Assembly: GCA_902790465.1 (NCBI GenBank)
Contig: CADASF010000005.1
Location: forward strand, 148,622-212,621
Source of the DNA: an uncultured bacterium
GTDB lineage: Bacteria > Vulcanimicrobiota > CADAWZ01
Reading direction: 5' to 3'
Length of the DNA: 64,000 nt
In this document: positions 55,599 to 64,000 of the stretch, in pieces
Position numbering within the stretch: the stretch's first letter is position 1
How the letters are laid out: each line of letters opens with the position of its first letter
Program-made: the position numbers and the translations under genes
Notes under the pieces: generated by a model
The model's database searches: none
The model's input: only the letters and a program-made list of their open reading frames with translations
Told to the model about the DNA's origin: nothing

Positions 55599-57068
55599 AT
55601 GAAGTCAGAGATTAAAAAAGGTGAAAAAAGCACCTGCACACTTACTGTAAAAATTGAAGAAGCTGAAATTAAAGAAGCTAATGAAAAGGCTTTAGTTGCA
55701 GCTATGAAAACTGTTTCAGTTCCAGGATTTAGAAAAGGAAAAGCCCCAAGAAAACTTGCTGAAAAAGCAATAAATCAGGCTGCATTGAGAGCAAGGGTCA
55801 TGGAAGATTTGATTGAAAGTTCTTATCCAAAGGCTGTTGAAGAAAATAAGATTAGACCTATATCAAGACCTGAAATCAATATAACAAACTACAATTCTGA
55901 ATCAGAAATAGAATATACAGCGAAAGTTGATATATATCCAGAATTAGAACTTGATGAAGCATCATATAAGCATTTGAAATTAGAAGTTGAAAAAGAAGAT
56001 ATTAAGGAAGCTGCAGTACAAAAAGCTATTGAATTTTTGAGAGAACAAGCAGCAGTCTATACACCAATAGAAGAAGACAGAGGACTTCAAGAGGGAGATT
56101 ATGCACTCGTTGATTTCCTATGCACAGTAAAAGGTAAAAAAGTTAAAGAGGGAAGTGTTACAAATTACACAATGCAAGTAATCCCTGCATCTTTTGTACC
56201 AGGTTTTACAGATAGCATAATTGGTGTCAAAAAAGGCGAGACAAAAGAATTTGATATAACTTTCCCAGAAGATTATCATTCTGTTCTCAAAGGCAAAAAT
56301 GCAAAATTCAAATTCACTCTTCATGAGATTCAAACAAAGACTCTTCCTGAATTAGATGATGAATTTGCAAAACAAGTATCAGAATATGATACTTATGAAA
56401 AAATGCTTGAAGACATCAACAATAGAATGGATGAAAATGCAAATGCTCGTACATTGAATGATTCTAAAAATGTTGCTGGTGAAAAATTGGCAGAAACAAT
56501 AAAAGTTGATCTTCCAGAAAGCCTCATTCAAGCAGAATTAAATGGAATTCTTTCAAAAATGGCTCAATCTTATGCAAGACAGGGATTGGATATTTTCAAA
56601 AATTTAGATGATGAACAGATTAGAAAAATTGCTGAATCAAGAAGAGCAGAAGCTGAAAAATATTCAGCAGTTCAAGTAATTCTCCATTCTATAGCCAAAA
56701 AAGAAAATATCACTGTAACTGAGGAAGAAGTCAATACAAAATTGGCAGAAATTTCAGGAGGCAGAGATGTCAGAAAGATGAGAAGAGACCTTATTAAATC
56801 TGGCAGAATAGCAGAAGTTGAAGAGGGAATTCTTCTCGATAAGACACTTGAATTTGTTGTAGAAAATGCAGATATAACATATAAAGTTGTTGAATCTAAA
56901 ACAGATGATGAAATAGCAACTGATATAGCAAAAGAAACTGCAGAAGCAGAAGCAAAAATGGCTGTTGAATCAGAAGAAGTACCAGCTGAAGAGCCTAAAG
57001 TTGAAGAAGTAAAAGCCGAAGAAGCACCAGCTGAAGAGACAAAGATTGAAGAAGTAAAAGCCGAGTAA
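55599..57068 (+). CDS. tig: Trigger factor (ribosome-associated peptidyl-prolyl isomerase) with acidic EEVK-repeat C-terminal extension
   Basis: It has the N-terminal ribosome-binding GFRKGKAPR motif and a central FKBP-like domain. tig-clpP-clpX synteny supports the call. The tail reads EEPKVEEVKAEEAPAEETKIEEVKAE. Confidence 0.9.
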   Translation: MKSEIKKGEKSTCTLTVKIEEAEIKEANEKALVAAMKTVSVPGFRKGKAPRKLAEKAINQAALRARVMEDLIESSYPKAVEENKIRPISRPEINITNYNSESEIEYTAKVDIYPELELDEASYKHLKLEVEKEDIKEAAVQKAIEFLREQAAVYTPIEEDRGLQEGDYALVDFLCTVKGKKVKEGSVTNYTMQVIPASFVPGFTDSIIGVKKGETKEFDITFPEDYHSVLKGKNAKFKFTLHEIQTKTLPELDDEFAKQVSEYDTYEKMLEDINNRMDENANARTLNDSKNVAGEKLAETIKVDLPESLIQAELNGILSKMAQSYARQGLDIFKNLDDEQIRKIAESRRAEAEKYSAVQVILHSIAKKENITVTEEEVNTKLAEISGGRDVRKMRRDLIKSGRIAEVEEGILLDKTLEFVVENADITYKVVESKTDDEIATDIAKETAEAEAKMAVESEEVPAEEPKVEEVKAEEAPAEETKIEEVKAE

Positions 57069-57110
57069 TTGAAGATAGAAGCCTAAACAAAAACGGAGGT
57101 ATAAAATAAT

Positions 57111-57722
57111 ATGATACCTGATATGAGAATGCAACATCTTATTCCAATGGTTGTTGAACAGACATCAAGAGGCGAGCGTTCGTATGATATTTATTCAAGA
57201 CTTCTAAAAAATAGAATCATATTTCTTGGTGATGAAATAGAAGATTCACTTGCAAATTTGATTATAGCTCAACTTCTTTTTTTAGAGCAGGAAGACCCTG
57301 ATAAAGATATTGATTTATATATCAATAGTCCTGGTGGTTCTGTTACTGCAGGAATGGCTATATATGATTGTATGCAACTAATAAAACCTGATGTTTCCAC
57401 GATCTGTATAGGAATGGCTGCAAGTGCAGCAGCTCTTCTTCTCTGCTCAGGAGCAAAAGGAAAAAGATTTTCACTTCCTTATTCAAGGATATTGATCCAT
57501 CAACCATGGATTAAGAGTATTGGTGGGCAAGCAACAGATGTCGATATCCATGCAAGAGAGATTATAAAAACAAAAGAAACTTTGAATAATATAATCGCTT
57601 GTAATACAGGACAACCTCTTGAAAAAGTCAAAAGAGATACTGAAAGAGATTATTATATGTCGGCAACTGAAGCTGTTGAATATGGCTTAATAGACAAAGT
57701 GATAACTAAAGAAACACGTTAG
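57111..57722 (+). CDS. clpP: ATP-dependent Clp protease proteolytic subunit
   Basis: Catalytic Ser is in GMAASAA and His in ILIHQP. GGAGG RBS. Confidence 0.9.
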   Translation: MIPDMRMQHLIPMVVEQTSRGERSYDIYSRLLKNRIIFLGDEIEDSLANLIIAQLLFLEQEDPDKDIDLYINSPGGSVTAGMAIYDCMQLIKPDVSTICIGMAASAAALLLCSGAKGKRFSLPYSRILIHQPWIKSIGGQATDVDIHAREIIKTKETLNNIIACNTGQPLEKVKRDTERDYYMSATEAVEYGLIDKVITKETR

Positions 57723-57734
57723 GAAAATGCAAAA

Positions 57735-57770
57735 ATATCCGCATTTCTTACCAAAAATGCGGATATTTTT
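57735..57770 (+). terminator. Perfect 12-bp stem-loop plus T-tract between clpP and clpX (partial terminator/attenuator)
   Basis: ATATCCGCATTT and AAATGCGGATAT form the stem, followed by TTTT. Confidence 0.65.
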
Positions 57771-57795
57771 ACAATATGCCGAAAAAAGGAGCGAC

Positions 57796-59091
57796 ATGTA
57801 TCTTTACGGAGATAATAACGGCAGTAAAAAATGTTCTTTCTGTGGAAAGAGCGAAGAACAAGTAGATAAAATTCTTCCCGGAGCAACTGCTTCAATATGT
57901 AATGAGTGTATAGAACTTTGTAATTCTATTCTTGAAGAAGAATTTAGTTATGATGATAAGAGAAAAAAAGATGGAATATCTCTTAGAAAACCAAAAGAGA
58001 TTACAGAAATTTTAGACCAATACATAATAGGTCAAGAGAGAGCTAAAAAAGCACTTGCAGTTTCTGTTTACAATCATTATAAAAGAATAGAATCAAATGA
58101 AAAAGTTTTGAAAGCTCAATCTCGCAAAAAAAATAAAAAAGATATTGATAAAAATGTTGAAGATGTTGAAATTCAAAAAAGCAATATCCTTTTAATTGGT
58201 CCAACTGGAAGCGGTAAAACATACCTTGCACAATGTTTGGCAAAAATATTAAATGTACCATTGGCTATAGCTGATGCTACATCTTTAACAGAAGCTGGTT
58301 ATGTTGGAGAAGATGTTGAAAATATACTTTTGAAATTGATTCAAAGTGCAGATTATGACATGAAAAAAGCAGAACATGGAATAATCTATATAGATGAAAT
58401 AGATAAAATTTCAAGAAAAAGTGAAAATCCTTCAATAACAAGAGATGTTTCTGGTGAAGGTGTTCAACAAGCTCTTTTAAAAATATTGGAAGGCACTAAG
58501 GCAAATGTACCTCCACAAGGTGGAAGAAAACATCCACATCAAGAATATTTACAAATAGATACAACAAATATTTTGTTTATATGTGGTGGAGCTTTTGAGG
58601 GCATAGACAAAGTTATTGAAGAGAGAATAAAGGAACAAGCCATAGGATTTAGAGCGGAAATTAAAACTAAAAAAGAAAAAGAAGATGAAAACATACTTGA
58701 AAAAGTTATGCCAGATGATTTAATGAAATTTGGTTTGATTCCTGAGTTAATAGGTCGTCTTCCTGTCGCAGTACCACTTCATGCTTTGACTGAAAAAATG
58801 CTTGAAAAAATTTTAATAGAACCTAAAAATTCAATAGTAAAACAGTTTAGAAAGATGTTATCTTTTGAAAATGTTGAATTGGAGATAACAGATGAGGCTA
58901 TTGAGGCTATTGCAAAAGAAGCATATAAGAGAAAAACAGGGGCAAGAGCATTGAGAAGCATTATGGAGGATTTCATGATTGATGTTATGTATGAAGTTCC
59001 TTCTATGGAAAATGTTAAGAAGTGTATTATAACAGAAGAAGTTATAAAAGAACATAAAAAGCCAACAATAGAATTTAATAGTGAAAAATAA
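57796..59091 (+). CDS. clpX: ATP-dependent Clp protease ATP-binding subunit ClpX
   Basis: The start was reassigned to [18 protein letters not shown] (zinc-binding domain), with an AAGGAG RBS 4 nt upstream. Walker A is GPTGSGKT. The upstream extension in the ORF track spans the hairpin. Confidence 0.9.
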   Translation: MYLYGDNNGSKKCSFCGKSEEQVDKILPGATASICNECIELCNSILEEEFSYDDKRKKDGISLRKPKEITEILDQYIIGQERAKKALAVSVYNHYKRIESNEKVLKAQSRKKNKKDIDKNVEDVEIQKSNILLIGPTGSGKTYLAQCLAKILNVPLAIADATSLTEAGYVGEDVENILLKLIQSADYDMKKAEHGIIYIDEIDKISRKSENPSITRDVSGEGVQQALLKILEGTKANVPPQGGRKHPHQEYLQIDTTNILFICGGAFEGIDKVIEERIKEQAIGFRAEIKTKKEKEDENILEKVMPDDLMKFGLIPELIGRLPVAVPLHALTEKMLEKILIEPKNSIVKQFRKMLSFENVELEITDEAIEAIAKEAYKRKTGARALRSIMEDFMIDVMYEVPSMENVKKCIITEEVIKEHKKPTIEFNSEK

Positions 59092-59096
59092 TGTGA

Positions 59097-59131
59097 AAAC
59101 TGTCGCATGATTATATGTGGCAGTTTTTTTT
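59097..59131 (+). terminator. Rho-independent terminator after clpX
   Basis: AAACTGTCGCAT and ATGTGGCAGTTT form the stem, followed by a T8 run. Confidence 0.6.
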
Positions 59132-59238
59132 ACCAACAAGTCCTAGTTATGTTAATGTGTTAAATGTTGTATTTCTGTTAACAATATTAGTGCAGGGAGA
59201 TATTATATTCTTGACGAATAAAAACAAGATATGTTTAA

Positions 59239-60798
59239 ATGATTTTATTTGGAGCTGTACATATTTTGTTTATTAATATTCTTGCTGTTTGTATTATTTT
59301 TGTATTTATTATAGCAAAATATAATGATATAACTTTAATTTCTGATCTTTCTTTGTTCTTTTTATTTTTATTAATACCTGTATATATATTAAAAGATGCT
59401 CGATTAAAAAAACTTGAAGCAGAACAAAGATTTATTTCTAAATATAAAATTCCTGAAATTTTTAAAGATATAATAAAAACCAAGCCTAAAAATATAAGAG
59501 AGTCTTATGAAGCAATAGATAGTTTGGCAAATAATATTGACAGTTTTCAAAAATATGATGAAGATTCAATTAATAAATTAAATGAAAGATTGGTACTTGT
59601 TCAAGATAAATTTCTTGAAAAGTACAATGAAGTTAATCAACTCTATGAGAAATATTTAGCTGAAACTGAAAAAAATAAAGAATTATATAAATTTTCAGAA
59701 CTTATTTCAGGAACAAAAGATTTAAATAAAGTCTATGAATTTACAGCCCAAAAACTTTTTGAAGATTTTACATGTAGATGTGCTTTTATTTTAAGTATAG
59801 AAAATAAGGTTTTTAAGTTAAAAGTTAATAAAGGAACAATAAGTGATGAAACTGTTAGAAATTTAGAAATTTCTGATATTTTAGCACCTGTTTTAAATGA
59901 AGGAAAATCTGTAATACTTCGCAGGGAATATTTTGAAAAACTAAATTATATGATAGGCAATGTGAAAGAACCTATATATAATTTGATATGTGTTCCGCTT
60001 ATTACGAAAAATGATTCAAGAGCATTTGGAGCTATAGGTATAATAAACAACATCAATGGAAATGATTTTTCAGAAGATTATGAAGAACTTATAAATTTAA
60101 TTGCAATAGAAGTTGCGATTTCAATAAAAAATATCGTCTATGTTTCACAGCTTGAAGTAAGTTATGAAGAAACGATGACTTGTCTTGCACAGGCTCTTGA
60201 AGGAAGAGATAAATATACGCATGGTCATGTTGACAGAGTAAGAGATCTTTCCGTAAAACTTGCAACAAAAATGGGACTTCCAAAAGAAGAAATAAAAATG
60301 ATAAAACGAGCTGCAACTCTTCATGATGTTGGTAAGATTGCAACCCCTGACAGTATTTTACATAAACAGGATAAATTGACACCTGAAGAATGGGAAATAA
60401 TGAGAATGCACCCAGAGATGTCTGCAAAAATACTCGAACCGATAAGCAGTTTACCGAGAGAAGTTATTGCAATGGTCAGAGCTCATCATGAGAGATGGGA
60501 CGGAAATGGTTATCCACATAAACTTTCACGAAATGCAATTCCAAGAGGGGCTCAGATAATATCAGTGGCAGATGCATTTGATGCACTTACTACAGATAGA
60601 CCTTATAGAAAAGGGTTAAGTTATGAATCAGCACTTTCTAAATTAAAAAGAGAGTCTATAGGCACTCAATTCGATCCTGAAGTAATAAGTGTATTTTTAG
60701 TAATGATGTATGATGAATTGGTCAAAATAAGAAAGAGAAAAGTAAAAAATGAAAGCGAAGAATTTCCCATTGTCGATGGGATAATAAAAATGGAATAG
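59239..60798 (+). CDS. Membrane-anchored HD-GYP domain protein (putative c-di-GMP phosphodiesterase) with central coiled-coil/GAF-like region
   Basis: It has two N-terminal TM helices. The HD domain carries THGHVDRV and LHDVGKI, and the HHERWDGNGYP block supplies the GYP motif. Confidence 0.7.
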   Translation: MILFGAVHILFINILAVCIIFVFIIAKYNDITLISDLSLFFLFLLIPVYILKDARLKKLEAEQRFISKYKIPEIFKDIIKTKPKNIRESYEAIDSLANNIDSFQKYDEDSINKLNERLVLVQDKFLEKYNEVNQLYEKYLAETEKNKELYKFSELISGTKDLNKVYEFTAQKLFEDFTCRCAFILSIENKVFKLKVNKGTISDETVRNLEISDILAPVLNEGKSVILRREYFEKLNYMIGNVKEPIYNLICVPLITKNDSRAFGAIGIINNINGNDFSEDYEELINLIAIEVAISIKNIVYVSQLEVSYEETMTCLAQALEGRDKYTHGHVDRVRDLSVKLATKMGLPKEEIKMIKRAATLHDVGKIATPDSILHKQDKLTPEEWEIMRMHPEMSAKILEPISSLPREVIAMVRAHHERWDGNGYPHKLSRNAIPRGAQIISVADAFDALTTDRPYRKGLSYESALSKLKRESIGTQFDPEVISVFLVMMYDELVKIRKRKVKNESEEFPIVDGIIKME

Positions 60799-60813
60799 TT
60801 AGGGTAAAAAATC

Positions 60814-63486
<2,673 letters not shown>

Positions 63487-63817
63487 CTTTTATCTTGAAG
63501 GGGCTGTGAAAAAATAAGTTGGTTTTATCTGCTTTCGCAACTTTTTGGGTGCAATACGCTCACTTTAACATTTTTCTCTTTTTATTTTTCTAATTTTATT
63601 TAAAATAGAGAATATTTTCAGTAGGAGATTTCTTTTTAGATACTACTACGAGAAAAAGTGATGCAGTTCGCTGTATTGTACCGCACAAAAGTTGCTCATT
63701 TAGAGTTTTTTCACAGCTCCATTTGGAAGCACGGAAATTAATTTTTTTAGTTCATAATAATTTTCAAAAATACTATTTTTTTATTTTGTATTAGTATGTT
63801 TGAAAATTTATTTAAAG

Positions 63818-63941
63818 TAACTTGTTGTGTTAGTTAAAAAGAGTAGTTTTTTATAAAGTGCCATAATTATTATTCTTATTTTTTAGGTATAAGTCGCTCA
63901 CTAGTTCTTTTTTTTCCGCATATTAGTTATAATTGCAAGAA
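63818..63941. repeat. ~125-bp intergenic repeat element, copy B
   Basis: It aligns to 23262..23389 (TAACTTGTTGTGTTAGTTAAAAAGAGTAG...TAGGTATAAGTCGCTCACTAGTTC...AATTGCAAGAA). Confidence 0.8.
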
Positions 63942-64000
63942 ACTACTATGGAAAAAAAACATACATATCGTTCCTGTATTTTTCCTCCTTGGAGCAAATA

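Noticed and set aside
57727-57795. N-terminal extension of clpX in the ORF track ([23 protein letters not shown]...)
   Set aside because: The extension spans the clpP-clpX stem-loop and lacks an RBS. A perfect AAGGAG RBS precedes the internal Met at 57796, which begins the conserved ClpX zinc-binding domain.

Overview
This is an AT-rich bacterial chromosomal segment, roughly 30% GC, read in the standard genetic code: long ORFs end in TAA/TAG and nothing suggests UGA recoding. Expression signals look sigma70-like, with a consensus TTGACA-17-TATAAT promoter ahead of the tRNA cluster and GGAGG-type ribosome-binding sites. I cannot name the organism from sequence alone.

The housekeeping backbone includes PPi-dependent phosphofructokinase, a transaldolase–RpiB fusion, an oligopeptide-type ABC binding lipoprotein, gdhA, rho, a MacB/LolD-like ABC pair, glgB, a 5'-nucleotidase, an operon of 8 tRNAs, tig-clpP-clpX, an HD-GYP protein and valS.

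Interleaved with these are lineage-specific and accessory loci:
- two tandem Met/Gln/Gly-rich paralogs;
- a 1203-aa HEAT/coiled-coil protein next to a caspase-like (clan CD) lipoprotein;
- a MurU–AmgK–(HEAT protein)–Mpl cluster for peptidoglycan recycling;
- a RadC-led operon of three uncharacterised overlapping genes;
- an SPFH/zinc-ribbon (YdjI/YdjG-like) pair;
- tandem secreted paralogs;
- a repeat-rich accessory stretch at about 41–52 kb, holding two paralogs sharing a conserved GRYPQ...WWLRSP...RPALWI domain with duplicated upstream DNA, a roughly 170-nt element closed by two perfect 12-bp helices, a prion-like/Gly-zipper protein, and an isolated 2202-aa PUFA-synthase-like KS-CLF-AT-DH-DH megasynthase with no ACP, KR or ER partners in the window.

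Several short interspersed DNA repeat families recur in intergenic regions: a TAACTYGTTGTGYTAGTTA palindromic motif, a ~125-bp element present twice, and GGGCTGTGAAAAAAGTA. No CRISPR array, transposase or integrase was seen.
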